DNA from: Candidatus Latescibacterota bacterium
Lineage (GTDB): Bacteria > Latescibacterota > UBA2968
DNA: 64,000 nucleotides
Reading direction: 5' to 3'
Assembly: GCA_965204375.1 (NCBI GenBank)
Contig: OZ241986.1
Span: forward strand, 3,840,001 to 3,904,000
Shown here: one piece after another, positions 26,312 to 36,536 of the stretch
Layout: the number at the start of each line of letters is the position of its first letter
Numbering within the stretch: the stretch's first letter is position 1
Notes under the pieces: generated by a model
What the model saw: the letters and a program-made list of their open reading frames with translations, nothing else
Database searches by the model: none
What the model was told of the DNA's origin: nothing
Made by a program: the position numbers and the translations under genes

Positions 26312-27283
26312 TCATTCCTTCAGCTTTGCGATCAAAAACGCCTCCATGCTTCCGTATTTATCTTCCGGATGATCTGGAGATCGGACGGAGCATTCGAGTC
26401 CCAGTTTGGTCATCGCTTCTCGAAGCATGAGGCCATGTTTTACATGGTGGACCCAAACCCCCGGATTGGTATCATTATCTACGGGGACATCCCCTCGTCT
26501 GTAAGACATGAAAACGGGAACATCGTCCGCGGAAAGATGAGTAATAGCAGATGAATCCCCCATGAGCTTTCCTATGCGCTCGTCGTTAAAAAAGATCGAA
26601 TCCTCGGATACGTCAAACAAGGTATGGAATTCTTTGTTGATCCTAAATTTACCGATTTCAAGACCAAACCAGCGGCGAATGACCCGAAGATCGTAGGTAG
26701 TTTGTCCATTGTTTGAAGCCGCGGCAATGATTCTGGTCGATTGGCGGGCAATGGGATCGTCGCTGTCTGGATCCGCCAAATCGTCGTGAAACGCGAGCCA
26801 GAGAGAAATGCCAGCTCCCGCTGATCCTCCGTAGCACGCGATCTTTTCCGGATCCACATTCCACTCTTTGGTACGGTGGCGAATCGTCTGCAGGCAGCGA
26901 GCCGCATCCTCCATCATAATTGGATAGGGACCGACATCGGATAATCGATAATGAATGGCGGCGACGGATATGCCAGCATCTCGAAATAGCCTGATGGATC
27001 TCCCGTTAATCGATCTTTTGTTTCCAGCTCTAAATCCTCCGCCATGGATGTAGATAGCCAGTGGAGTTGGGGCGCCGGTTTTGGATTCAGTAATCCATAA
27101 ATCGAATACCTGTCGTTCATGATCCCCATAAGCGATATTGGCGAAAGTTGGGGCGGGCGGTTCTTCCCTTCTCGCGTTTTGGGCGTCAACGGCGGGTGGA
27201 GAGGCGATTGCCAGGCATCCCACCAGAGTGGCAATAAAGCGTTTTGGTATCATTGGGTCTATCCACCTTTCCGGCACCTGCAT
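26312..27283 (-). CDS. Secreted alpha/beta hydrolase (esterase/lipase-like)
   Basis: Signal-peptide-like N-terminus, IHGGGF and GGSAG nucleophile elbow. Confidence 0.85.
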   Translation of the reverse strand: MQVPERWIDPMIPKRFIATLVGCLAIASPPAVDAQNARREEPPAPTFANIAYGDHERQVFDLWITESKTGAPTPLAIYIHGGGFRAGNKRSINGRSIRLFRDAGISVAAIHYRLSDVGPYPIMMEDAARCLQTIRHRTKEWNVDPEKIACYGGSAGAGISLWLAFHDDLADPDSDDPIARQSTRIIAAASNNGQTTYDLRVIRRWFGLEIGKFRINKEFHTLFDVSEDSIFFNDERIGKLMGDSSAITHLSADDVPVFMSYRRGDVPVDNDTNPGVWVHHVKHGLMLREAMTKLGLECSVRSPDHPEDKYGSMEAFLIAKLKE

Positions 27284-27623
27284 AGCACCTGATCTCTATT
27301 ACGCGATGTGTGACTTTAAAATTGCCAGAGAATAATGCCGACAAATAGATATAAAAAAGCCAAAATCACTGGATTGCGGCTAACCCCATGCCGCAATGAC
27401 GGCTATAGAATCCTTGTTTTGCTGACTGCTGATTGCTTGTTTTTTTCACCATTATTCTAAAGTCACACATGACGTCTCTATTATAATTACGCGAAACACC
27501 TTTGTCATCAACCATCGCAGGTGGCAAAAAACAAAGGAGGTGTAAATCTGGTTGACACACCAATGCCACAGATGATACTATATATTTTCCGTGGAAACAA
27601 CAGAACAAAGGGAAGGACACAAA

Positions 27624-28472
27624 ATGAACATCTCGCTCACGTCAACAGAACGAAGCTCTGGCGAACTGGCAAAAGACAAATTGGCAAATGCGATCGAGGC
27701 AATACGGAACGACGGCTATGTCATCATCGAGCAAGTAGTGGATCACGCGATACTCGACGCCCTCAAAACGCGCATGGATGAAGACTCTGCAAAGCTGATT
27801 GGGGCACAAAAATGGGGTGGCGCAGGTGGCGTACAGGGTCATTTACAGCAAGGACCCCCACCATTCGACCCATTCCTATCCCCCGACATCCTCGTCAACC
27901 CTTATGCCGTCCAGATCTCACGAGAAATGCTGGGTGCAGAATTTTACTGCTGCTTTTACAACGGGAACACAAACACGCCAAACAGCACCTTCCAGCCCCT
28001 CCATGCCGACGGCGTCCACCTCTGGGGCGAACAGGACCAACCCCATCCAGCGACCCAACTCATCATCAACATCTTTCCCCAGGACACATCGGACAAAAAC
28101 GGATCCACACAGATCTGGCCAGGTTCCCACCTCGACATGCGCCCGGTAACAGACGAAACAGAAGCCGATCGCCACTTCTTTTCCCCACCCATTCAGGCCA
28201 CCTTGCAAAAAGGCGACATCCTGATTCGCGATTCACGCCTCTGGCATCGCGGCGTACCAAATCCCTCTGATCACAACCGCCACATGATCGCAGTTGTGTA
28301 CAACATCGGGTGGCTGGTCAGACGGCGAACGCTCTTCTTCGATAAAAACAGTAAAAAAATATTCAAAGCAAGCGGCGTCGATCCCAATGCCGAATTCATC
28401 GCCCCCCCGTTCGAATACCTGTTTGAAATGGCGTGCAAAAAGATAAAAAAAGATCCCATGCGCGGCGTCTAA
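27624..28472 (+). CDS. PhyH-family Fe(II)/2OG dioxygenase (KanJ-like)
   Basis: QPLHADG, WPGSH and LWHRG.PN...R. Confidence 0.85.
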   Translation: MNISLTSTERSSGELAKDKLANAIEAIRNDGYVIIEQVVDHAILDALKTRMDEDSAKLIGAQKWGGAGGVQGHLQQGPPPFDPFLSPDILVNPYAVQISREMLGAEFYCCFYNGNTNTPNSTFQPLHADGVHLWGEQDQPHPATQLIINIFPQDTSDKNGSTQIWPGSHLDMRPVTDETEADRHFFSPPIQATLQKGDILIRDSRLWHRGVPNPSDHNRHMIAVVYNIGWLVRRRTLFFDKNSKKIFKASGVDPNAEFIAPPFEYLFEMACKKIKKDPMRGV

Positions 28473-29323
28473 TCCGCTTCATCCCCGCTTGGCATAACCG
28501 CCCAATCGGTGCGCAGTTCCGCAGCGCATTCAGCCGGTGGTTGCATAAAACGCTCAACCCGGACACTCGCTTTGGCCTGGAATTCTGGTCCGGCGAGTTC
28601 CCAGGCATTGTAGTGAAATTTGCCTTCGGGTTGCATCACGCGGACATTCAACGTACGGCGTGGCGTCCGAGTCTGGTTCATGCCCGCGCAGTGCAAGCAA
28701 GCCGCGTTGACCACCAGTAGATCACCGGGATCGCCGATGACCTGGACCCTGTTGCCATAGTCATTTGGGTTGGAATCCGGCACCCCGGGGTCTTCGTCAG
28801 CCTTGAAGCGATGGGTACCCGGTATCACAGAAGTCGCGCCGTTTTCAGCCGTGTACCCGTCAATCAAAAAAAAGAACCACAAGCCCCTGTGCTTGCCATT
28901 CGCGGTGAGGCCGGGGCGAAAATCGCGATGGATGCCTTCAGACTGCTCTCCGGGGTTGTAGCGTTGGGTATTGGCGACAAGGTCAGAGAAGTGGTAGGTA
29001 CCCAGGGCATGCTCGCAGATCGCGTGAACAGTGTCGTGGTCAAGCAGTTCTATCGCCGCATCACCCCATAAGAAACAGGCACGGGCGTTGGGATTCAGGT
29101 CGAATTTGCGGTTCCCGTATTTATCGCCGATATGCACGTTGGACAGCTTCATCCCGCCACGCCAGGCGGCAATATAGTCATCGGCGGCACGCTGGGCGAT
29201 GTCGCGCAAAGGATCGAGGTACTCAGGTGCGATCTGGTTCCGTATAATGGTATAGCCATCGCGATCGAGATTGACGACATGTTCCTCCAATTCTCTCTCG
29301 CTAAGGGAATGGACGGGTCGCAT
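28469..29323 (-). CDS. PhyH-family Fe(II)/2OG dioxygenase
   Basis: IHRD, NGAT.VIPGTH and LHCAG.N....RR. Confidence 0.85.
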   Translation of the reverse strand: MRPVHSLSERELEEHVVNLDRDGYTIIRNQIAPEYLDPLRDIAQRAADDYIAAWRGGMKLSNVHIGDKYGNRKFDLNPNARACFLWGDAAIELLDHDTVHAICEHALGTYHFSDLVANTQRYNPGEQSEGIHRDFRPGLTANGKHRGLWFFFLIDGYTAENGATSVIPGTHRFKADEDPGVPDSNPNDYGNRVQVIGDPGDLLVVNAACLHCAGMNQTRTPRRTLNVRVMQPEGKFHYNAWELAGPEFQAKASVRVERFMQPPAECAAELRTDWAVMPSGDEAD

Positions 29324-29351
29324 GGGCTGATCTCCTTGAATCTACGCCCTA

Positions 29352-31169
29352 TCATTGACGCGCAACATAAACGTAGTAGGCGCCGCAGATGGGCTGGTCG
29401 CGCTCGTCGTCGAACCATGTGTGCAAAAGCGTGGGACCCGGCTCCAGATCTACGGTAAACACAACACCCTGGTCGTCTGGCTCAACGGGCCTGGCGTAGA
29501 AGCGCCCACCGATCAGCACACGCGCTCTGGCAATCGGTAGCGCAATACCCGCTTCCAATTCACCGTCGGTCAATTGAACCGCCTGACAAGCCTCTCTCAG
29601 CTTGAGGCCGCTCTCTCTCGGCCAGCGCCGCAGTTCAAAGGTGTACTTGCCGGCGGCTTCAACCAGCAGGTGCCAGTAACTGTTCTTCCGCGCGGCCGTC
29701 CTCACCTGCCGCTGCTGATCCACAAAGACATCCCGCCACTCGCAGGCCGATAGCGTCATCGGATTCTCGGCCTCACTGCCGATGGTAATCCGCTGCACTT
29801 GATTGGCGACCGGTTCCACTTCCCGCCACCATGCATCCAGGTGATCCTGCATCTGCCGGACAATGTCGGGGTGCTGATCGGCAACATCGAGATTCTGTTC
29901 GGGATCGCTGTCCAGATCATACAGTGCCGTTCCTTCAAGTAAGCGCCACCGTTTCCAGAGCACAGCAGCACCCTCGCGTCTTATGAACGAAGGGCTGTCG
30001 GGCGTCGGGTAGTCCAGCTGCCCGGGCATACGGCTGTAATTCACCGTCAACATGCGATCTTCCGGCACCTGCTCCACACCCCGCAAAACCGGAGATAGGC
30101 TAATCCCATCCAAACGCAATTCGGCCGGCGGTTCCAGCCCACAAAACTCAATCAAAGTCGGCAAAATATCCTGCACCTGAGTCAGTCCCTCAATCTCCCG
30201 GGGTTCGCCCAGATCACCATTTGGCCAATGCAAGAAAAACGGTACCCGGTGCCCCCCTTCCCATAGCTCACACTTTTTACCCCGCATCCCGGCATTGTAA
30301 TAGGTAGGCCCGAAAGTACTGCCATTATCGGTCATAAAAATCAAGATTGTATTCCGATCTGCATCCTGTTCTTGCAGAAAGCGTCGAAGCGCACCGACCT
30401 GCGTATCCAAATTTCGAATCATAGCGAGAAAGCGAATGATATTCTCTCGCAAATTTTTGGGAAGTGCAGGCAACTGGTGTTCATCCTCTTCAAATGCCGC
30501 CTCAATGGCCTCGCGGTCTTCGGCAGGCACAAAAAGTGGGGCGTGAGGGGCATTGGTCGGCAGAAGAGTAAAAAAGGGTTCTGAAGCCGCGATCCGTGCT
30601 TGCATCCACGCTTTTGCCGCTTCGAAAAAGACCTCGGTACAGTACCCTTCCTGTCGCACGCGAGTGCCATTGTGACAATATACATCATCGAAGTAATCGT
30701 TCTCCCAGTAGTCGGGCACCGAACTGATGTGAGAGGAAGGAAACCAGAGACTTTCTTCAAAACCGCGGTCCTGAGGACGGTACGGATAGTTGTCGCCCAG
30801 ATGCCATTTGCCAAACACACCCGTTCGGTAACCATTCGACCGGAAAATATCGGCCATAGTCGGCAAATCTGGTCGCAGAAGCGAGCGTCCGCTGCTCACG
30901 TTTACAGCGCCATTGCGTGCCGCATCAAGTCCACTCAGCAATTGGCCGCGAGTAGGCGTACACATGGGAGCGACGTGAAAATCCATCAGCCGAATACTTT
31001 CCCCGTGCAAGCTGTCCAGATTCGGCGTCCGGGCAACGGGATTGCCATGACAGCCCAGATCGCCATACCCCTGGTCGTCGGTAATGATCAAAATCACATT
31101 GGGGCGGGAATGTGATTCGGTATGCAAGCTCAATGATTCGCGTTCTTTCAAAACAGTTCCACCTTTCAA
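29352..31169 (-). CDS. Arylsulfatase with C-terminal extension
   Basis: RPNVILIITDDQGYGD, CTPTRGQLLSG and GKWHLG. Confidence 0.92.
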   Translation of the reverse strand: MKGGTVLKERESLSLHTESHSRPNVILIITDDQGYGDLGCHGNPVARTPNLDSLHGESIRLMDFHVAPMCTPTRGQLLSGLDAARNGAVNVSSGRSLLRPDLPTMADIFRSNGYRTGVFGKWHLGDNYPYRPQDRGFEESLWFPSSHISSVPDYWENDYFDDVYCHNGTRVRQEGYCTEVFFEAAKAWMQARIAASEPFFTLLPTNAPHAPLFVPAEDREAIEAAFEEDEHQLPALPKNLRENIIRFLAMIRNLDTQVGALRRFLQEQDADRNTILIFMTDNGSTFGPTYYNAGMRGKKCELWEGGHRVPFFLHWPNGDLGEPREIEGLTQVQDILPTLIEFCGLEPPAELRLDGISLSPVLRGVEQVPEDRMLTVNYSRMPGQLDYPTPDSPSFIRREGAAVLWKRWRLLEGTALYDLDSDPEQNLDVADQHPDIVRQMQDHLDAWWREVEPVANQVQRITIGSEAENPMTLSACEWRDVFVDQQRQVRTAARKNSYWHLLVEAAGKYTFELRRWPRESGLKLREACQAVQLTDGELEAGIALPIARARVLIGGRFYARPVEPDDQGVVFTVDLEPGPTLLHTWFDDERDQPICGAYYVYVARQ

Positions 31170-31203
31170 TATAGTTTAATCAGGTCTTTTTCAGATCTTC
31201 CTT

Positions 31204-32592
31204 TTAATAAATCAGCCGGCCCTTGCGTAACGCAGGCTCATCGTAGCGCGCCATCTGAGCGATCAACTCAGCTTTAAATTTCTCAGCAATCTCTTTGTAT
31301 TCGGAATCGGAATATACGTTGACCAACTCATCCGGATCCTTATGCAGATCATACAACCAGGGATCGTCAGCCTGTGAGAGAACCAGTTTATAACGTCGGT
31401 TAACGGCCATAACGGTCTGCGATGTTGAAGTCGTCATATAGACAATGCGATCGTCATCTACCACCTTTTCATCACTGAGAAACGCCGCAGCATCATTGAA
31501 CCCATGGGCATTTGGAATCTCCTCCTCAATCCCCATCATACCCAGAATCGTCGGACCGAAATCAACCGTCGTATAGGCGGTATTCACAACTTTTCCTGGA
31601 GCGATCTTTCCAGGCCAGCGAATCACAAACGGAATTTTTGCACTGCCCTCGTAGGGCATTCCCTTGTTGTGGCGTCTATGTTCGCCCATCAGGTCGCCAT
31701 GATCGGCGGTGAAAATCACAATCGTATTCTGATCCAACCCCCCGGCTTCCAGATCTGCCAGAATACGCCCCACATTATCGTCGATACACTTGACCATCCC
31801 AAAATACCTCTGCATCTGACCCTGCTTCAGTCCACGGGCTGTATTCCTGTCCCCAAACCGATGCCATTTCGGCATTTTCTCCACGGGAAAATCCATCGTG
31901 CGCGGATTTTGAAAAACCATGTCTTTGTACATCGTGTCGTAGGGTGCGCGAACCGTGTTTGGCCCGTGCGGATCCGGGATAGAGACCATAATGCAAAAGG
32001 GTTGATTCTGATCGCGCTCGATAATTTCCAGAGTGCGGGTAGTCAACCAATCAGTTGTAAACGATTTTTCATCGGCACCACCTACCTTGCTGGCAGGCTC
32101 ACCCCTGTTATTCCTCGCCGCAACGTAGGGCGTGCCATCCTCTCTCAACCCGAGTTTCTTCCAGTGACCGCGGTTCCACATATACCGATTGTCCTCAAAT
32201 CCAAATTTGTACTCTGGCGCAAAGCCAGGCTTGGCTTCTCCACCCAGATGCCACTTGCCCAGATATGAGGTGGCATAGCCCTGGTTTTTGAGCACCTCGG
32301 CAAAAGTAATCAACCCCTCTTTCAGGGAAATATCGTTTTTATACACATCGGTGGCAATCGGATAAAGGCCAGAAACAAAAGAGGCACGCGAAGGCGAGCA
32401 AACAGGCGACGACGAATAATAACTGTCGCAAATAGCACCGTCCCGGGCGAGCGAATCAATATGAGGCGTATCTACTTTAACGCCCGGTCCCCAGACAAAA
32501 GCCTGATCCTCCTCCATCAAATCGCGATAACAACCCAACGTGCGAAAATTGTGTTCATCGGTATGAATAATCAGCAGATTCGGCTTACTCAT
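31204..32592 (-). CDS. Sulfatase
   Basis: KPNLLIIHTDEH, CSPSRASFVSG, GKWHL and ADHG. Confidence 0.92.
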   Translation of the reverse strand: MSKPNLLIIHTDEHNFRTLGCYRDLMEEDQAFVWGPGVKVDTPHIDSLARDGAICDSYYSSSPVCSPSRASFVSGLYPIATDVYKNDISLKEGLITFAEVLKNQGYATSYLGKWHLGGEAKPGFAPEYKFGFEDNRYMWNRGHWKKLGLREDGTPYVAARNNRGEPASKVGGADEKSFTTDWLTTRTLEIIERDQNQPFCIMVSIPDPHGPNTVRAPYDTMYKDMVFQNPRTMDFPVEKMPKWHRFGDRNTARGLKQGQMQRYFGMVKCIDDNVGRILADLEAGGLDQNTIVIFTADHGDLMGEHRRHNKGMPYEGSAKIPFVIRWPGKIAPGKVVNTAYTTVDFGPTILGMMGIEEEIPNAHGFNDAAAFLSDEKVVDDDRIVYMTTSTSQTVMAVNRRYKLVLSQADDPWLYDLHKDPDELVNVYSDSEYKEIAEKFKAELIAQMARYDEPALRKGRLIY

Positions 32593-32619
32593 TTCGTTCT
32601 CCTTATTTGTCATACCCAT

Positions 32620-33471
32620 CTATTGTTCAAACTGGGCCACCTGCATAACCGGTGGCTTTGATGGCTCAATAGGACGAATAATCTTTCTGCGTGCAGGCGT
32701 TAACCTCGCCACCAACTCATCGGAATATTCATACCCGAAACGATCTCGAGTCCAAAAAGACGAATAACGATAAATCAATGCGCGGCGTTCCCCTTCATTG
32801 GTCCGCACGCTGGCACCGTGAATAAGCGCATCCGTAAACAGAACCGCATCTCCCGCCTTGAGATGCACCTCCTTGAGATAGGGTGCCATATCATCAGGCT
32901 CGAGAACATAATTCTTCCTGCCCTGCCCCTTCTGGTGTACCAGCGGATTTGAAAGATTGGACTTATGGGACCCGGGAACGACCAGTGTCCCACCATCACC
33001 AGGACCAATATCGTTCAGCGCAAGAAAAATATTCAAATTGCCACAGAAAAATTTATTATTGTGATACCAAAAACTGGTGCGATACATCTTATTATGACCA
33101 CCAGAATGCAACCTCACATGGTTCCCCTGATGGATAATCGGAAGAAAATTCATCCAAATATGCAAACCGTGGTTATCCACGTAACGCCTGACAAATTCGA
33201 TCCAGTTGGGATTATCGATCAACGCCTCAAAACACGAACCGCCTTCTATAACATTTCTAAAACTCACACTGTGACTACTGGTACTTTCATTCTTCACAAC
33301 ATGAACATTGCCCAGCCATTCCTCTCCCGCATCACTCAACGCAAGCCATTCATCGACCTTCTCATTAATCTCACCAATGAGTTCTGGAGAAACAACATTC
33401 TCCAGAATGAGGAAACCCTCAAGATCAAAACAATAGTCATCCCATTTATTCGGTGTCGGTATCATATCCAC
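32620..33471 (-). CDS. PhyH-family Fe(II)/2OG enzyme, HxG variant
   Basis: FDLEGFL, LHSGG, VPGSHK and FTDALIHG...RR. Confidence 0.85.
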   Translation of the reverse strand: MDMIPTPNKWDDYCFDLEGFLILENVVSPELIGEINEKVDEWLALSDAGEEWLGNVHVVKNESTSSHSVSFRNVIEGGSCFEALIDNPNWIEFVRRYVDNHGLHIWMNFLPIIHQGNHVRLHSGGHNKMYRTSFWYHNNKFFCGNLNIFLALNDIGPGDGGTLVVPGSHKSNLSNPLVHQKGQGRKNYVLEPDDMAPYLKEVHLKAGDAVLFTDALIHGASVRTNEGERRALIYRYSSFWTRDRFGYEYSDELVARLTPARRKIIRPIEPSKPPVMQVAQFEQ

Positions 33472-33486
33472 TTCCCTCTTTCAAAA

Positions 33487-34323
33487 TCATGCAGTCACGG
33501 ATCGAACAGGAGGTCTTATCGGCACAATAGGACGGATAATTTTTCTGCGCTCAGGCGTGAGTCTGGCGAGCAATTCTTCTGAAGGTTCAAAACCAACAGT
33601 ATTTTTCATCCAAAATGCGGTGTATCGATAGATCAGTATCCTGCGCTCACCGTCATTGGTCCGCACACTGGCACCGTGTGTACAGGCATCTGTAAAAATA
33701 ACAGCATCGCCTGCATTGAGGTGCATCTCCTTTAAATAGGGCCTCAGTTTCGTCTCCTCAACCGCAGTCTTATGTCGCCCATTCTCCTCTTCAAAAACCA
33801 GAGGATTAACCACATTGCATTTGTGTGACCCAGGAACAATCATAGTACCGCCATCCCCGGGACCAATATCGTTCAGCGCGAGCAGAACATTGAAATTGCC
33901 ACAATAGAAATTATCGTTATGATATCGAAAGCTCGTGCGATACCCCCTGTTGTGCCCGCCAGAATGAACAGGCACATAACTACCTTTCCGACTCACAGAC
34001 AAATGGTTAGCCCAGATGTATAATCCATCATTATCGACATAGCGCTTGACAAACTCGATCCAGTTGGGATTATCGATCAACGCCTCAAAAGCTGGTCCAC
34101 CCTCGATAATATTCGCAAACTTGATATCGGGCCCCTTTACGGGTTCGGGATCGCTACAGCGAACATGACCGATCCACTTGTGTCCGGCCTCTTGTAAAGC
34201 AACCCACTCATCCACCGTCTCATTAATCTCCGCAATCAGCTCTGGAGAAACAACATCCTCCAAAACGAGATACCCCTGAAGATCAAAACGGTAATCATCC
34301 CATTCAGTAGGTGAGGGTATCAT
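33487..34323 (-). CDS. PhyH-family Fe(II)/2OG enzyme, HxG variant (tandem paralog of 32620-33471)
   Basis: FDLQGYL, VHSGG, VPGSHK and FTDACTHG. Shares FEALIDNPNWIEFV with its neighbour. Confidence 0.85.
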   Translation of the reverse strand: MIPSPTEWDDYRFDLQGYLVLEDVVSPELIAEINETVDEWVALQEAGHKWIGHVRCSDPEPVKGPDIKFANIIEGGPAFEALIDNPNWIEFVKRYVDNDGLYIWANHLSVSRKGSYVPVHSGGHNRGYRTSFRYHNDNFYCGNFNVLLALNDIGPGDGGTMIVPGSHKCNVVNPLVFEEENGRHKTAVEETKLRPYLKEMHLNAGDAVIFTDACTHGASVRTNDGERRILIYRYTAFWMKNTVGFEPSEELLARLTPERRKIIRPIVPIRPPVRSVTA

Positions 34324-34367
34324 ATTCTTTCTCCTTATTTATTTTGCACCACGCAAATTCACATAAA

Positions 34368-34465
34368 ACACTGAAGCCCCCAGTGTGCCAGATCCCAATC
34401 GAAACCACTGAGGGCAATTGTACTGCTGCAAAGATTCCCACGTTGCTTCAAATCGTGCCGTCGCA
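34368..34465 (-). pseudogene. Remnant of a GH29 alpha-L-fucosidase 5' end
   Basis: [19 protein letters not shown], then frameshifted GIW / AHWGLQC. Compare the GH29 pattern WESL..Y..P.WF.DAK.GI..HWG. Confidence 0.65.
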
Positions 34466-35548
34466 TCACTCGCGATACAGCTTCGCCACTGCAATCGCAT
34501 CCTCTTCCCAACAGGTATAAAACAAATACAACTGACCATCTTCTTTGAACGCATAAGAATCATGCACCACATCCCCCTCCCAATCCTCCTCGGCGCGGAT
34601 CATATCTTCGGGGGGATAACTCGTCTGCCACGCCTGCCAATCGCCCGCGCTCAAATCCACAGTCGAACGCATAATATATTCTGGCTCCTCCCATTTCCGG
34701 CTGTAAAACACCTCCAGCGTCTCGCCATCCTCCATCACCCGCACAGACCCGTGGCGCAGACCCAAACCCCCATTGGGAAGATGATCGCCAGCCAGCCCAT
34801 CGGCGACGAGATCATCTTCAATAGGCGACGACTCAGCAGACACCCACAGAGGATCGCTCGAATTCCAACCCTCTGGCGCATCCCACAGAAATGCGGAATT
34901 AGCTGGCTTCAAAAAAAATCCGCGCTGTGCAAAACCGTACCAATCGCCATCATAGGTAAACACCCGCAGATAATTTCGATCTGCAAATTTCAACCGCTTC
35001 AATCCATGGCCTTCTTCGCCACCCACCTCGGGACGGTTAAAATTCAACCCGGACTTCGACGTCGCCACAAATGAACGCTGGCCATCATTGCTGCTCCCGT
35101 GAACCACCATGATAAAATGCCGGTTATCCTCATCCACAATCACCTCGGGAGACGACACATGCCCCTTTAACACAATCCCATCCACCACATCAATCGTCTC
35201 AATCGAATTGCCCAGCCGCAAATCAAACACCCCGCGCCCTGGAAAACGCGGATCATCCAACCTGCCAGCATTAAAAAGCGTCCAATCCGCCGAATCCACC
35301 CGATCTGACCACGCCATGTGAATACTCGTCCCGTGATGCGACGCACAATAGAGATAATAATTCGCATCCGGATGTGCCCGGTCTTCCGCAGACACCCAGT
35401 CGGGTATCCGAACCACCGCGGGAAACATCGCATCGCCGCGCAACCTCGACCGATTGGGATCCGCCCCAATCCTGAGTCGCCGCACATCACTACCATCGAC
35501 AATTGGCCTACCGTGTAATTTCTCAACCCGATAAGTTACTTCACTCAT
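34466..35548 (-). CDS. Hypothetical protein, probable glycoside-hydrolase-like beta-propeller
   Basis: YYLY.A.HHG..I, HVSSPEV, Y.RVF.Y and [14 protein letters not shown]. Confidence 0.6.
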   Translation of the reverse strand: MSEVTYRVEKLHGRPIVDGSDVRRLRIGADPNRSRLRGDAMFPAVVRIPDWVSAEDRAHPDANYYLYCASHHGTSIHMAWSDRVDSADWTLFNAGRLDDPRFPGRGVFDLRLGNSIETIDVVDGIVLKGHVSSPEVIVDEDNRHFIMVVHGSSNDGQRSFVATSKSGLNFNRPEVGGEEGHGLKRLKFADRNYLRVFTYDGDWYGFAQRGFFLKPANSAFLWDAPEGWNSSDPLWVSAESSPIEDDLVADGLAGDHLPNGGLGLRHGSVRVMEDGETLEVFYSRKWEEPEYIMRSTVDLSAGDWQAWQTSYPPEDMIRAEEDWEGDVVHDSYAFKEDGQLYLFYTCWEEDAIAVAKLYRE

Positions 35549-35562
35549 GTAATTCTCCGTGT

Positions 35563-36519
35563 TTAGTGGCGTTCATTCAACGGCGTCCAACTGCGCCCGG
35601 GGGCGTGAACCTTCTTTCTATCCCACGCTCTCCGCAACGCGGCAAATTCCCCTGGATCTCGCATCTCCCGCTCGGGATTCTGCGTATCCTGAATCACGAA
35701 ATACGCCTCACCCGGATGGCACGCCATCGTCACTGGCTCGCGCTCTGGCGTATAATCTTCGGGCACTTCGCCGATATTGCTCGGCACGCCAAAATCCTGA
35801 TATCGCAAATCCATACTCCACCGCACAACGTCCGTCTTATTTTCAAACGAAGCATGCGGCGTCAAATTCGTCAAAAACAAAACCGACCCCGCCGACATCT
35901 CCACTGGTATCGCGCCCTCGGGAACATTTTCAGGTGCAATTTCCAAAAAGCCCGCGTGACCACCTGTATAATGTCGGATAATCCCTTTATCCTGCACCTT
36001 TGGAATCACCCACAAACATCCATTATCCAGCGTCGCATCCACCAGCGGTACCCAGCAAGTCACCATCAAATACTCGTAACAATGCGCCATTGAATAACCC
36101 GCATCCTGATGCCACGGCACCTCCCCGCGCGAATAGCCCGGCACCTTGGGACGTATGCGATAGATCGACGTACCGACGATATCGGGACCAATAATATCCT
36201 CAATACACGCAATCAAAGGACGATGCCGCAACGCCTTCAAAATCCCCGGCCCGTGAAACCTACCCGACCAGATCGACATCAACACCTTGTGAGCGGCCTC
36301 CGGGTTGTATCGGTTAAGCCTGGTCAGCCGCGTCTCAAATGGCTCCTCGGCAAAATCGCGATCCAGCTCGCCCTCGGCAATCAACTCATCGCACTTCTCC
36401 TGAACCGCGCCCGTCAACCCATCCTTCAGCAGTTGCAAATCATCCGAAGAATAAATGGATTCCTTAACCACATAACCCAACTCGTCAAATTGTCGAACTT
36501 CCTCTGCTGTAAGCCCCAT
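35563..36519 (-). CDS. PhyH-family Fe(II)/2OG dioxygenase
   Basis: PWHQD, NGCLWVIP and TPHAS.EN....R. Confidence 0.85.
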   Translation of the reverse strand: MGLTAEEVRQFDELGYVVKESIYSSDDLQLLKDGLTGAVQEKCDELIAEGELDRDFAEEPFETRLTRLNRYNPEAAHKVLMSIWSGRFHGPGILKALRHRPLIACIEDIIGPDIVGTSIYRIRPKVPGYSRGEVPWHQDAGYSMAHCYEYLMVTCWVPLVDATLDNGCLWVIPKVQDKGIIRHYTGGHAGFLEIAPENVPEGAIPVEMSAGSVLFLTNLTPHASFENKTDVVRWSMDLRYQDFGVPSNIGEVPEDYTPEREPVTMACHPGEAYFVIQDTQNPEREMRDPGEFAALRRAWDRKKVHAPGRSWTPLNERH

Positions 36520-36536
36520 AGATATTTCCTTTCCAA

